Origin: Octopus vulgaris
Lineage: Eukaryota
Reading direction: 5' to 3'
Length of the DNA: 64,000 nucleotides
Assembly (NCBI GenBank): GCA_951406725.2
Contig: OX597817.1
Span: 141,112,001 to 141,176,000 of the forward strand
Notes under the pieces: model-generated
The model's input: only the letters and a program-made list of their open reading frames with translations
The model's database searches: none
What the model was told of the DNA's origin: nothing
Program-made: the position numbers and the translations under genes
Shown here: in pieces, positions 37,517 through 51,051 of the stretch
Position numbering within the stretch: position 1 is the first letter of the stretch
Layout: each line of letters begins with the position of its first letter

Positions 37517-39836
37517 CTTGAAACAAAAATGAGTGAAATAATGTTAATTGTTTTGTTGTATCTCAGGAAAATCATTCTTCCAATAATAAACTCAATTTTT
37601 TTACACTATAAAGTGTATAAAAAAAATGTGTATGTTTATTATTGTTATAATGACCCTCCCAAGATATGACAAAATGTGTTTCAACACATGAGTTCACATT
37701 AAGAATCTTACAAACCAAATACAAAAGCAAAATAATGTCAATTAGGTATGTTATTAACTCTTTTAATACCAGCCTGCCCAAGACTGGCTTTCCTTCTATG
37801 ATACAAACTTAATAACATTTAAATAAAAATTTTTCCCTAAGCTTCTATATTAATTTATATCCCTATTACCAGCTTAGTAATGACAAAGATCTTTTTGTAA
37901 ATTCTTCGTTGTTTTCAAATTAATTGAAATAAAGAGGGCGTATTTCAAGAGGAACATGGTAACAAAAAGGCTAAAGCATGTTTCTTTCAAAAGATTTTCA
38001 AGCAATGTTGACAATATGTTAAGAGTTCAATGGCTGGGGACTGAAAATGTTTCCTATGAGAGCACCAACAGTAATGATGACATTCTGGAAATCACTTGCT
38101 TTGAGCAGTAATGGAAAAAGAAATTAGAAGGTGTCTTAAGAGAAGGGGGAAGAACGGAGTAAGAATGTAGAGAGTGGTGAAAAATAGAGGAAACAATACA
38201 TGAATGCAGTGAAAGAAAGGCTGTGTTAATGCCACTTCCCCTGATGAAGGGGATTGGCCCGCAAGAGCCTTGTGTCAGTGTCATGTAAAAAATACTTGTG
38301 CCAACACCACGTAAAAGTGTTCTAGTGCCATGTTAAAAGCACGCAGCATACACTGTAAAGTGCTGGCATTAGGAAAAACATCCTACCATAGAAACTAAGC
38401 CGAATCAGACTGGAACTTGGTGCAACGCTTCAGCTTGCCAGCTCTGGTGAAACTGTCCAACCTATGCAACATAGAAAATGGATGTTAAAGGAAAATGAGG
38501 TTGCCAGTGCCGCTGATTGTCCCCCGTGCCGGTGGCACGTAAAAAGCACCCACTACACTCTCGGAGTGGTTGACGTTAGGAAGGGCATCCAGCTGTAGAA
38601 ACTCTGCCAAATCAAGATTGGAGCCTGGTGCAGCCATCTGGTTCGCCAGCCCTCAGTCAAAATCGTCCAACCCATGCTAGCATGGAAAGCGGACGTTAAA
38701 CGATAATGATGATGATGATGATGATGAAGAAGAAGCATCTGTATCATCAGAATGACCATCATCTTTTAACATCCTCTTTTTCATGTTTGCATGGGTCAGA
38801 CAGAAATGGTTGAGGTAGATGCATTTCCTATCACCAACTCTCAAGACAAGGAAACACATGCAAGCATACATATTTATATATATTTCTTTATTACCAGAGG
38901 GGACAAACAAGGACAGACAAAGGGATCAAGTCGATTACATTGACCCCAGTGCATAACTGGTACTTAATTTATCGACCCCGAAAGGATGAAAGGCAAAGTC
39001 GACCTCGGCGGAATTTATACATATTTATACACGTACAATGGACTTCTTTAGTTTCCCTCTACAAAATCCACTCATAAGGTTTTGGTTTGCCTGGGATTAT
39101 AGTAACTAGACACTGGCACAATGTGCCATACAGTGGCACTGAACTTAAAGCTGTGAAGCAGATTTCTTAATGTGTGTGTGTGCATGCACACACATGTGTG
39201 CTGTGTGTGTCTCTAAGTTTTAAGATCAATGTCCTTTTATCAGACCGTACATGAATATTTAATGAACTACCTGTTTTCTACCACCTCTCTCATGATCGAA
39301 CAGTCCAAAGGATTACCTGTACACACATATTTAATTAGAGCTAGCTCTGTCTTCAGTGATGGTCACACACAATTGATCTTACAGCCACCTATTGATAAAG
39401 TGTTATCAGTGTGAGAGGACAGCAGCTGTCATTAATGCCAACAAAGATAAGACAGACATTAATATGGACATTAATACCTGCTCTGAACATAAAGGATTGG
39501 AGCAGTCAGTGTTTGCCATGTGTTTGTGTGTGTGGGTTGGTGCATCCGTATGTATGTGTGAGAGCATATGTGCATGTGTTTCTTTGTATGATCATGCTGG
39601 CATGCATGTGTTTACATGTGTGTGTGTGTTAATTTTTACAAGAAATCGATTGATAGTGACTTCGAAGTTTCAACTCATCAATCTGATGACGGTGAGGAAG
39701 CTGAAGATACAAAGTCGCTGCCAAGCTTTTCCTTGTAAAAATGAATATTTATGTCCTCTACTGAGTAATTCCTCAGCTTAATGTTGTTTTTATAAATAGC
39801 CTAACATAAAACCAAATGTTAATATGTGTGTGTACA

Positions 39837-39867
<31 letters not shown>

Positions 39868-42800
39868 CCCATCATCATTATCATCATCGTTATCATCACT
39901 GTTATCATTGCATTATTATTTTTATGTCCCTCATCATCATCATCACCATCATCATCGTTTAACGTCCGTTTTCCATGCTAGCATGGGTTGATCGGTTCGA
40001 CCGGGGTCTGGGAAGCCAGGAGGGTGCACCAGGCTCCAGTCTGATCTGGCAGAGTTTCTACAGCAGGATGCCCTTCCTAACTCCAACCACTCTTGATATT
40101 TCTTTCTTCATGCTGACATTGGTCAGATAAGTCAATGAGATTGCTATCCATCTCAGTGTTATACTTGGATATGTTCAAGCTGATCCCTTCATCTGGATTG
40201 TTATATTCACAATATTTCACCTGTTGTACCTTCTATCTTTCTTCAGGTGCCTGTTGAAATCAGTAACATCCATGGAACATTAAAAGTGGGTGTGTACTCA
40301 GGGACTGAACTTGTACCCACCCGATAAGCTGCACTCTGTGCACTCTACGTTCCCTGCATTAACTCTTTCATTACTCTATTTATTTTGAGATGCTCTGTGT
40401 TTCTTTCAATTATTTTAAATATAACAAAGAATTTAGTAAAATAACTTAGTTACCATTAAACAAGTGTTAGGAACATAAATTGCGACTAAGGTTTGGTGGT
40501 ATATTTTAATGCAAAACTTATGAAAACAAGACATTTGTACTACAGAACCAGAGCTGGTTTTGGCCGGGTTGGTAACGAAAGGGTTAAAAGAATGATAGGA
40601 TTTCCCATTAGTGGTTTACCTCCCAACAGACTGCTTTTAACTCCCTTCTTCAAATCCTTTGAAGAATTAAGCAATTTCAAAAACAGAAAATTATATATTC
40701 TGTTCAAAAGTAGTTTCAAATAAAAGTGTTTTCACATTTACTTAATCCTGTGTCATCATCATCATCATCATCATCATCGTTTAACGTCTGTTTTCCATGC
40801 TAGCATGGGTTGGACGGTTCGACTTGGGTCTGGGAAGCCAGGAGGCTGCACCAGGCACCAGTCTGATCTGGCAGTGTTTCTACAGCTGGATGCCCTTCCT
40901 AACACCAACCACTCCGTGAGTGTAGTGGGTGCTTTTTATGTGCCACCGGCACAGGGGCCAGAGGAGACTGGTTAAACGGCCACGATCGGTTGGTGCTTTT
41001 ACGTGTCACTGACACGGACGCCAGTCAGGCGGTGCTGGCATCTGCCACATTCGGACGGTGCTTTTCTTTTAACGTGACACCAGCACGGGTGTCTTAGCTA
41101 GTATTTCCATTCAATTTTCATTTGATGTTGGTGTTAACGTACTTGACTCAATAGGTCTTCTCAAGAACAGTGGGTCACTCTACAATCCAATATTTCAAAA
41201 TTAAATATACATCTTTAACACACTTAAATATTCTCTTCCAGTAGCACTGTCAAAACTGATGGTGAAGACAATGGTGATGGTGATGGTGATGATGATGGTG
41301 GTAGGTTACTGCAGTGTCTCTCATATCTAAATCTTACATTGTGTCTGGCAAAGATAAAGCTAAATCTGCATAAAATAAATATAAGATAAATAATAATAAT
41401 AACAACAACAATAGATAATTTTAGTATAAGGTAATAGATTAAAGCAGAATATTATCTCCATAACAAGTGACATATGTGATTGGTCAGAAATCAGCATTGA
41501 ATTGTTGGAAGATTATTTCAAGTATTTATTAGCAAGTTTGGTGTCAGAGAAGACAATATATCACTCAAAGTATTAAAATCATTCAGGAGTATTGAGGTAT
41601 ATGTAGGGGAAGAGTAGGGGACAACTGTAAAGATTGAGTAAGGTTGATGAATGGTGTGACCAATTATATGAGTGAAGAGTAGGGGAGAGTAGAACAGTGC
41701 AGAAGCAAGATAGTAATGATATTGTAAACAAGGAGAGGATGAGAGAGAGAGAGACTGATGTGTTGTAGGGGAGAGATGCAGGCAAAGTGCATGGGGAGAG
41801 TGAAAAATGTATAGTGTTGGACAGAGAGATTATTTGGTGGCTCAGTGTATAATGTAGGTGGAGAGGACAATATTAAGAATAAAGGAAATGATTCTGAGAG
41901 CTATGAAAGGCAAGTAATAATAATAATAATAATAATAATGAAATTATTGTATACAGTGCTCAGGTGCACCACACCTTGTCAAAAGTGCGTATATGCAGTA
42001 ATACACAAATGTCTGGAAAGCGAACAGTGTATGAGTCATATAGATGCTTGCGTGTGTATGGAGGGGAGAAAATCAGGTGTAGTGTTGGCGAATCTCAGGA
42101 AACACAGAAGTTTTGAAGGATGCAGTGCTCCGACAACTAACAACTGATGACGGTAGTCTGTTCCATACTTCAGCAACTCTTAGCGTGAAAAAATGTTTCC
42201 GAAAGTATGAAGTAGTATGAAGAAGAGCTGGTGAAGCATGCATCGTTGCTCACATTTACTTACAGCAGTAGATTCCTGCAGTTTGAGGGATGATGGGAGG
42301 TGAAGATGTCTTAAAGAGGAAACTGAGCAGAGGATCCACCTATGTGTGTGTGAATATATTTCTGTTGCACTAATTTTTTGTATTATTTGATTCCATTGAC
42401 CTGTAATTCATTTAATATATGGCTTGTTGATTAAGATACATGTTTAGGATTAAGAAACATACATAATAAAAAAATGTTGTTCATCATCATCATCATTGTT
42501 TAACGTCCGTTTTTCATGCTAGCATGGGTTGGACAATTCGACTGGGAAGCCAGAAGGCTGCACCAAGATCCAGTCTGATCTGACAGTGTTTCTACAGCTG
42601 GATGCCCTTCCTAACGCCAACCACTCTGTGAGTGTAGTGGGTGCTTTTTACATGCCACCAGCACAGGTGCCAGGGGAGGCTAGCAACGGCCACGATCAGT
42701 TGGTGCTTTTTACGTGCCACCGGCATGGAGGCCAGTCGAGGCGGTGCTGGCAACGGCCACATTTGGATGGTTCTTTTACATGCCACCGGCACTGGTATCA

Positions 42801-43398
42801 CAACTACAATTTCCAAAAAAATGTATTTCATAAAAATATTTTCTTCTTTTCTTTGAACTCCCTAACTTCATTATTTCCTGAGATGCTTACACAGACTCTG
42901 AAACATACGAGCAAGCAATCAAGCAAACAAACCTGATAAAAACAGCAGTACATCATCATCATCGTTTAACATCCGTTTTCCATACTGGCATGGGTTGGAC
43001 GTTTCGAACAGGGTCTGGGAAGCCAGGAGGCTGCACCAGGCTCCAGTCTGATCTGGCAGTGTTTCTACAGCTGGATGCCCTTCCTAACGCCAACCACTCC
43101 ATGAGTGTAGCGGGTGATTTTTACGTGCCACCGGCACAGGTACCAGGGGTGGCTGGCAACAGCCACAATCGGTTGGTGCTTTTACGTGTCACTGACATGG
43201 ATGCCAGTCAGGTGGCGCTGGCAACTGCCACATTCAGATGGTGCTTTTAACATGTCACTGGCACAGGTATCACAATTACAATTTTCATTTGATTTTCATT
43301 TTGATGTTGGTGTTAAACATCATACCTAATTGATAATTGCATATGTTGCATGAGAGAAATGTTAGTGCTGAGATATTTTAAAATCTTTATTTACTTAC

Positions 43399-43611
43399 GT
43401 ATTGACAGTTTTGTTACAACAAAAGTCTGTTCTTCCTCTGATTCTATGGTGAGTAAATGAGCGCCCATTTCTTCACAACTTGTTTTTGCTTCATAATAGG
43501 AACTATTTACATTAAAGTCATAGTAACAGCTGTCTGTTGAATCAAAATAAACTTTCTGGAAAGGCTTAGTGCCTTTACATGTGGAGACCTCTTCATCGCA
43601 TTTGTTGAGAC
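43399..43611 (-). CDS. CTLD+PAN gene, coding exon 2 (N-half of C-type lectin domain)
   Basis: 213-nt phase 1-1 exon with pyrimidine-rich ttttaag acceptor and GTAAGT donor. Encodes (C)LNKCDEEVSTCKGTKPFQKVYFDSTDSCYYDFNVNSSYYEAKTSCEEMGAHLLTIESEEEQTFVVTKLSI, a typical CTLD CY...A...C...GAHL.TI.S.EEQ.FV pattern. Confidence 0.9.
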
Positions 43612-44475
43612 CTTAAAAACAAAACAATACAAAATACAAAAGGGATCTTAGGTGGGATTTCCCATTAGTGTTTCCATTATTGTTATAAGAATAGCCTGGG
43701 CAAAGTTCAGGGAGCTCCTACCTCTGCTGGCAACTAAAGGCCTCTTGCCCAGGATGAAAGGTAGATTATATGATGCATGTGTGTGAACTGCCATGCTACA
43801 CAGCAGTGAAACATGGGCCATGACTGCTGAGGACATGTGTTGGCTTGAAAAAAATGAAGTAAACTACTCCATTGGTGTGGCAATTGCACATATATACTAT
43901 GATAAGGAAAGCTATATATTGGTCAAATATTGGTTTCACATTTCAGGAGATGGGGTAAGTCAATCACATCGACCCCAGTGCTCAACTAATTCTTATTTTA
44001 TTGACCCTGAAAGGATGAAAAGCAAAGTCAACCTCCGCAGAACTTGAACTCAGAATGTAAAGATAGATGAAATGCTGCTAAGCGGTTTGCACAATGTGCA
44101 AATGACTCTGCCAGCTCGCTGCTTTGAAAAACTAAGCTCCATATTTATTAGTTACGAGCATGGAACTTTTATTAAAGAAAACAATTATTAATGTCTATGC
44201 CGTCAAGAAAAATTCTTAAAAATTCCAGATTTACATATTCTTAGCGAAATGTGATTTTAAAAGATTTTTAATGTTTTACCCGTTACACACCTGGCACCCA
44301 TGCCAGTGGCACACAAAAACACCCTTTACACTCTCAGAGTGGTTGATGATAGTAAGGGCATCCAGCCATAGAAACCATGCTAAATCAGACTGGAATCTGG
44401 TGCTGCTCGTCAGCTTACCAGCTCTGGTCAAACTGTCCAACCAATGACAGCATGGACAATGTACATAAAATGACA

Positions 44476-44506
<31 letters not shown>

Positions 44507-47380
44507 GTATCCCTTTCCTTACAATGCAGTCCCCCCCTCTCTCTTTCCATCTCTTCTTTGTTTATTACTTCTATTTGTATTAGTCTTCTTCTTCTTCCTC
44601 TATCCATATAACTTTTCCTCTCCACTCTTATCTTCATTGTTTTTTCAAAGTCTTTTGCATTATTATTTCATTTAGTACTTCTTGTCTTTTCCCACTCTGT
44701 TACTTTCACTTTCTTTTCATGCAATGCTTCCCCCCCTCTCTCTCTCTCTCTCTTTCCTATGTCTATTCAGTTTTTTTCATTAAAAATAAGTGATTACAAA
44801 AATTTTCTTTGTGATACTTTGAAAATATTTGTGAAAACTTTTACACTACATTTATCATATCAAAATTCCATAGAAAGTTTTCATTTCAAGTTTCATTCTG
44901 TTATGTATTAATATCTTAGCCTTGAGTCCTTTGGATAATGAAAGCTTTGGGTTATTTTCGGTGCCAATATTGACTTTGCGTTTATTGTTCGGTAATATAC
45001 TGATTTTGTATAACATATTGATTACAATGCCACAATACAATATACATACTGTGCTGTTTGTTGCCACATAAGAATTTTCAACTCAACATGGGCCTTTCAA
45101 AAAATATGCACCTGAAACAGAACACTTGACAGCAAAAGGCACAAGTGCAAAGGGAGAGAAGGCCAAGTGAATCAGAGAAAACCAGGGCAAAACAACCGAA
45201 ACCAATGTCTGAGCGTGCTTGTAGGCATAGAGAACGTGATTCTGTTTCTGCTACACAAGACAGACTGGCTGGGGTATCTCAAGAAGAGAATAATCTACTT
45301 CAAAACAATACACTGAGCCAGTTTTCACATTCTGTGAATAGTTGGATGCCGGTTGATGACCAGTGTTAAATGGACAGACTATGCAGACATATATCTTATG
45401 CAAATAGTAGTGAAATACAAACAGTAACAACATTATCATCATCATTGTTTAACGTCTGTTTTCCATGTTAGCATGGGTTGGACGGTTCAACTGGGGTCTG
45501 GGAAGCCAGAAGGCTGCACCAGGCTCAGTCTGATCTGGCAGTGTTTCTACAGCTGGATGCCCTTCCTAACGCCAACCACTCCGTGAGTGTAGTGGGTGCT
45601 TTTTACGTGCCACCAGCACAGGTGCCAGGTGAGGCTGGCAACGGCCACGATTGGTTGGTGCTTTTAACATGCCACCAGCACGGAGGCTAGTTGAGGTGGT
45701 GCTGGCAACGGCCACGTTCAGATGGTTCTTTTATGTGCCACCAGCACTGTTATCACAACTACAATACAAACAAAAAGGATTCTGAGAGACCAAACTGAAT
45801 ATGTACAGCAGGAGAATAGGCTTAAAAGCCTGGGAGAAAAACTATTAAAGCATTACCAATGAATGCCAATTTCAATGACTTTTAAGAACAGCTGTACTGT
45901 CTGTTATGCATCCATATAAGGCAAGGAGTCTCTTTGACAATATCTGCTCACACAGCAAAACTTTCAGATGCCCTATTGAATTGAAATATTTATGTTGCTT
46001 TTAGGGGAAGGTATAATTGGGCAAACTGCATCCTCCTCTAACCAAATATTCCTAGGTACATCAATGATGCTCATTCAGAAAACAGCTTCCCAAGAGATGA
46101 TATATGTTCATATTACAATGTGGGGGGCATTGGTTTCTTTGGTTTGCAGTGAAATCAGAGCTCCAGGATTTTGTCCTATATCACAGCAGCATTGTACAAG
46201 CAAACATAACATAGACAAGCATAAAACTGGCATCTTAGCCTTGCAAAGTAAATGACAACCTCACTTGTGCTGGTGTGATGATAAAAGCACCTAGCAGATT
46301 TGGTCAAATCGTTGGTGTTAGAAAGGGTGTCCAGTGGCAGAAACCATGCAAAATCGGACATTGGAACACAATACAGTTCTCACATCTGTCCCATCAATCA
46401 CACAAACTTTTAAATCTATGCTAGCCTGGAACATAAATGTAAAAAGACAAGGATGAGGATGACAATGATGAGGATGACAATGACAACAACGATGATGAGG
46501 ATGATGATGATGGGCATGTCCTCAGCCACATCATCATCATTTAACATCCACTTCCTATGCTGGCTCGTTGGGAGCTGTCCTGACTCCACTTGTCTGTTTC
46601 AGCATGGTTTCTACACTGGATGCCCTTCCCAATGCCAACCACTTAACAGAGTGTGCTGGGTGCTTTTTACGTGCCACTGGCACTGGGGCATTTATGCCAC
46701 ATCTCCTGGCCCCTTGTTATTTCCTCAGTGATGCCCATCATCTGAAAATTCTTTCTCACCACTTTGCCCTACCCCTTCCTCGGTCTACCACTTCCACAGG
46801 TTCCCTCCACAATTAGAGCTTGGTACTTCTTTATGCAGCTATCCTCATCCATACACATCACATGACCAAACCATTATAGTCTTCTCTCTTGCTCACAACA
46901 TCTGATACCTCTTACACCCAGTTTTCCTCTGAAAATCATTCACACTCTGTTGTGTTTGCATGCTGACATTACCCATCCAGCCCATGTTTCACTGCCATGT
47001 AACATAGCCGTACACATACACACACATCATACAATTTGCCTTTCACTCTGAGGGAGAGGCCCTTATGTCTGGGGCAAGAGATTTTGCTTCTCGGGTAAAA
47101 ATGAATTAATTTTAGATTTAAAAAAAAAATCAACATTACAATATCCATTAATATTTAATAGGAATTAGGGAGCCAAGAGAAACATCAGCACTCTGAGCAA
47201 AATGCTTGGGAGCAATTTGTCAGTCTTTATGTTCTGAGTTCAAATTCTGCTCAGGTCAGCTTTTCCTTTCATCTTTTCAGGGTCGATAAAATAAGTACCA
47301 GATAAGCACTGGGGGTCAATGTAATCAACTTACTCCTTTCCTGAGATTGCTGACCTTGTGCCAAAATTTGAAACCAATAT

Positions 47381-47609
47381 TTAACCCTTTTGTTACTAAC
47401 CCGGCTGAAACCGGCTCTGGCTCCGAGTACAAATGTCTTGTTTTCATAAGTTTTGGATTAAAATCTTCCACCAAATCTTAGTCACAATTTATGTTCCTAA
47501 CACTAACTTAATGATAACTAAGTTATTTTACTAAGTTCTTTGTTATATTTAAAATTAATTGAAAGAAACACAGAGAATCTCAAAATAAATACAGTAATGA
47601 AAGGGTTAA
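47381..47609. mobile_element. piggyBac-type MITE (copies at 40359-40587, inverted, and 37754-37974, decayed)
   Basis: TTAA|CCCTTT..TTAC ... GTAA..AAAGGG|TTAA termini, with shared internal sequence among copies. Confidence 0.85.
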
Positions 47610-48554
47610 CATGAATTGAAAAAATATAAAATAATCATAAAAAATATATTGTGACTTTTTGTGGTTGGCATGATCTTGTTTTATATAGATTTTAATAAAG
47701 TTTCAAACACTAACTCAAGTATCTTTATAATCATTGGGAAATATACTGAAAAAAGAAAAAAAGAAACAAAAAAAAGAAAATAGTAATAAATTTGTTTATG
47801 TCAAGAATTTAAAAACTTAATAATTCAGTTTTAACTGTGGAACCTGAAGTAAATTATGCAATTAATAACGGCAAGTAAATATTGGCTAGAAAAAGTTGAA
47901 GGCTACCCATGTAACATGAACATACACCTTCTGTAAACATGACTGATGTTCTACCCTTGGACCCAAGTAACCCTTCAAAATTCTCTGGGCAGCCTTTGAC
48001 TTTTCCTACCCAAAGTGTTTTGTAACCTGATATCTATATGCTATTGTTTATACCCTTATCTACTTTGAGCTCCTGCCCGACACGAGTCCCTGGCTCAGCT
48101 GGCTCTGGCTGACAGTACACAGTATGGGCCCCTATCCAGGGTTACAGAAAGGAGACACCCTTCAAAGAAATCCAGAGTGGAGCCCCATAGGCAGTTTAGT
48201 GTTCAACACAACACTCTTCCGGCAGCTCCTGCAACCAAGCTGCTACCAAACATAATGCTCTGCACTCCTTTGGATTACATCAGCATGGTCAAGAGAGGAA
48301 TCCTGACGATAGGGTTGCCCAGGATTGTCTTACATCTAGCCCAGGCCTGTGCAAAACTGGAAAGAAAATGACATAAAATGTAAAAACCAGACTGGATTAT
48401 TTTATGCGCAACTCCATTCTCTCCCGAGACAAAAGGATGCCAACAACTTTGAGTTCCACTGTTAAAGACAAATTATTTCATGTCTCTCAAGGTTTCTAAA
48501 TTATTCTAACATAAACAATAAATTTGTAAATTGAATAAATTATTTAAAACTTAC

Positions 48555-48615
48555 AGTCAGTAGTTTTCAATATTCCAAACATGCAATATATTGTTATCCA
48601 CAGAGAAATGGCCAT
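48555..48615 (-). CDS. CTLD+PAN gene, coding exon 1 (signal peptide)
   Basis: ATG at 48615 gives MAISLWITIYCMFGILKTTD, then a phase-1 GTAAGT donor. An upstream acceptor ccttctttcag ends at 48701. Confidence 0.8.
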
Positions 48616-48785
48616 CTTAGAGAAATAAGTTTGCTGGTATCTTTTTCTGAGAAGTTTATGTCAGTGTTGGAAGAATAAGCAGCTGTTGTGGTGTGAGTAG
48701 CTGAAAGAAGGATATTTACATTTGTTTTTGATGTTGACCATTGATTAGTGGTAATAATGGCTTGAGAAAACAAACTGTGGGATAC

Positions 48786-48822
48786 CTTTATGGACATGGA
48801 TAACAAAGTGATGATTCTTCAT
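48786..48822 (-). other. Possible short 5' UTR exon of the CTLD+PAN gene
   Basis: Long polypyrimidine tract ending ctttag at 48823, AAG|GTATCC donor, then an 85-nt intron to the acceptor at 48701. Implies a further upstream exon. Confidence 0.4.
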
Positions 48823-49266
48823 CTAAAGACAAAAACAAGAAAGACAAGAAAAGGAAAGAGATCAATAAAACGATAATTCTTAATCTGAAAACAAAATAGG
48901 AAAGTTGATAAGACAAACAGTTTTTTTTTCTCCTCCACTCATTGAATCTTCTTGTTAAAAGTGTCCTTCATTTAGAACTCACAATTGTTCATTGTCATCT
49001 TCATTGGTTCAGCTATGATACAAATGTGGCTCTGAGGTTGACAAACTTCCCAACCATGTGGTCTCAGATTCAGTGCCACCTTGGGCACTTTTCTACTATA
49101 GCTCCAGCTTGACTAAAGCATTCTGACTGGATTTGGTCGGGAAGCAAATTTCTTAACCACACAGTCACACCAACACCTATTATATATATGTGTATAAATA
49201 TATATCTTTTATTTTTACTTGTTTCAGTCATAAGACTGCAGCCATGCTGGAGCACCATCTTCAAGT

Positions 49267-49632
49267 GGAGGCGCAATGGCCCAGTGGTTAGGGCAGTGGA
49301 CTCGCGGTCGGGGGATCACGGTTTCGATTCCCAGACCAGGCGTTGTGTGTGTTTATTGAGCGAAAACACCTAAAGCCCCACGAGGCTCCGGCAGGGGGTG
49401 GTGGCAACTCCTGCTGTACTCTCTCGCTCCAACTTTCTCTCTCTCTTTCTTCTTGTTTCTTATCCCCGACTTCCTACGCAACCGCTGAGCCTGGATGCGC
49501 ATTCATCCATCCGTCGATGCTCTCGGTATCAGGGGTTGACCTGCTTTCTCTTCTGCGGATGTTATGAATAGCAAAGGACCACGTTTCGGACTTCTCCCAT
49601 TAATGGAACGAAGACCGCTTCGCTCAACAAGA
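49267..49632 (+). mobile_element. tRNA-derived SINE nested in an opposite-strand CORE-type SINE
   Basis: A box TGGCCCAGTGG (49277-49287), B box GGTTTCGATTCC (49320-49331), CpG-rich. The host SINE resumes after ~49635. Confidence 0.75.
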
Positions 49633-49966
49633 ATTTTTAATCAAATGAATTGACCCCAGGATCTATTTGTTTTGAAGCTTGGTACTAGTTGCATTGGTTC
49701 CTTTGGCCAAATTGCTAAGTTATGGGGGCTTAAACACATCAACACCAGTCGTCAAGCAGTGGTCAGGGTGACACATACACACACACACATACACACAATT
49801 TATGATGAGCTTTTTTTTTAGTTTTGATCTACCAAATCCACTCAAAAGGCTTTAGTTAACCTGAAGCTTTAGTAGAAGACACTTGCCTAAGGTGCTATGC
49901 AGTGGAACTGAACCTGGACCCACGTGGTTTGGAAGCAAACTTCTTACTACATAGCTGGTGCTTATG

Positions 49967-50011
<45 letters not shown>

Positions 50012-50170
50012 CAAAATTAGAGAATGGAGAAACATACTTAAATCAATAAAACATCAACTATCAGATGATACTCAATCAATACTTTAATACACCATTACAT
50101 ATCGGTAAAAAATATACAGTAAGAGTAAATAGACAAAGAGATATAAGTAAAAAATTTCAAATATATGTAA

Positions 50171-50300
50171 TTAAATCAAATCTGACAGCTGTTTCGGCAG
50201 TGAGGGCAGTCATACCTCATTTAACCTATAAGCCATAAAGGCAGGTATAAATGAGGCATTAACAAGGATGCCCCACGGCCTCTTCAGAGAATTAAATTAA
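50171..50300 (-). ncRNA. Type I hammerhead ribozyme with extended stem II
   Basis: Minus strand reads UUAAUUUAAUUCU-CUGAAGA-GGC[long hairpin]GCC-GAAA-CAGCUG-UC-AGAUUUGAUUUAA: complete core, GUC cleavage triplet, palindromic stem III, imperfect 13-position stem I. Confidence 0.75.
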
Positions 50301-50722
50301 ATTTGTTGTAATTGTGAAAAATATTATTTAACCATATACATATAAATATAAAAATATAAAAATGTAAAATATAAAAACTTATACATCATAATGCTACACT
50401 TATATAATATAATACACATTGGTACAATAATGGAAGGTAAACAGAACAAAATAAAACAAAATATATATCAGTGTATATATTAATATTAATAAGCACCGAT
50501 ATTATACATATTTGGCTAATAGTTTAAAAAAAAAAAAAAAAACTAACACATAGGGAGATGAAAAATAATAATTAAAAATTAAAACCATGGTTCAGTTCAT
50601 AAAATTATAAAGCTATAAAAGTTAATAAGAATTACTATTAATATTAATATTGTTGGGTACCTATCTGGCAGTATATTGGATATATATTATCCCATGGTGG
50701 GTTGAATTTTCAACCCCTATCT

Positions 50723-50760
<38 letters not shown>

Positions 50761-50918
50761 CTGGACTGGCTCCTGTGCAGGTGGCACATAAAAAGCACCA
50801 TTTGGGTGTGGCCGTTGCCAGTTCCACCAAACTGGTTTCGCCAGACCTCGGTCAAATCGTCCAACCCATGTTAGCATGGAACGCGGACGTTAAATGATGA
50901 TGATGATGATGATGACGA

Positions 50919-50953
<35 letters not shown>

Positions 50954-51051
50954 ATCGAAACATGAAAACACAAAGAGAAAATACAACAACGTGAGGACGT
51001 GGAACAAATATAGTGTTATTGGATGCTCAGGAAAGGGAAGAAAGAAGGAGG

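Noticed and set aside
44855-45111. Extra lectin exon or selenocysteine read-through (CAYFLKGPC-TGA then an open frame)
   Set aside because: Exons 1 and 2 already join in frame, the peptide has no recognisable domain, and I saw no SECIS element or good donor.
49267-49340. tRNA gene
   Set aside because: A and B boxes are present, but there is no proper acceptor stem and it continues into a SINE body.
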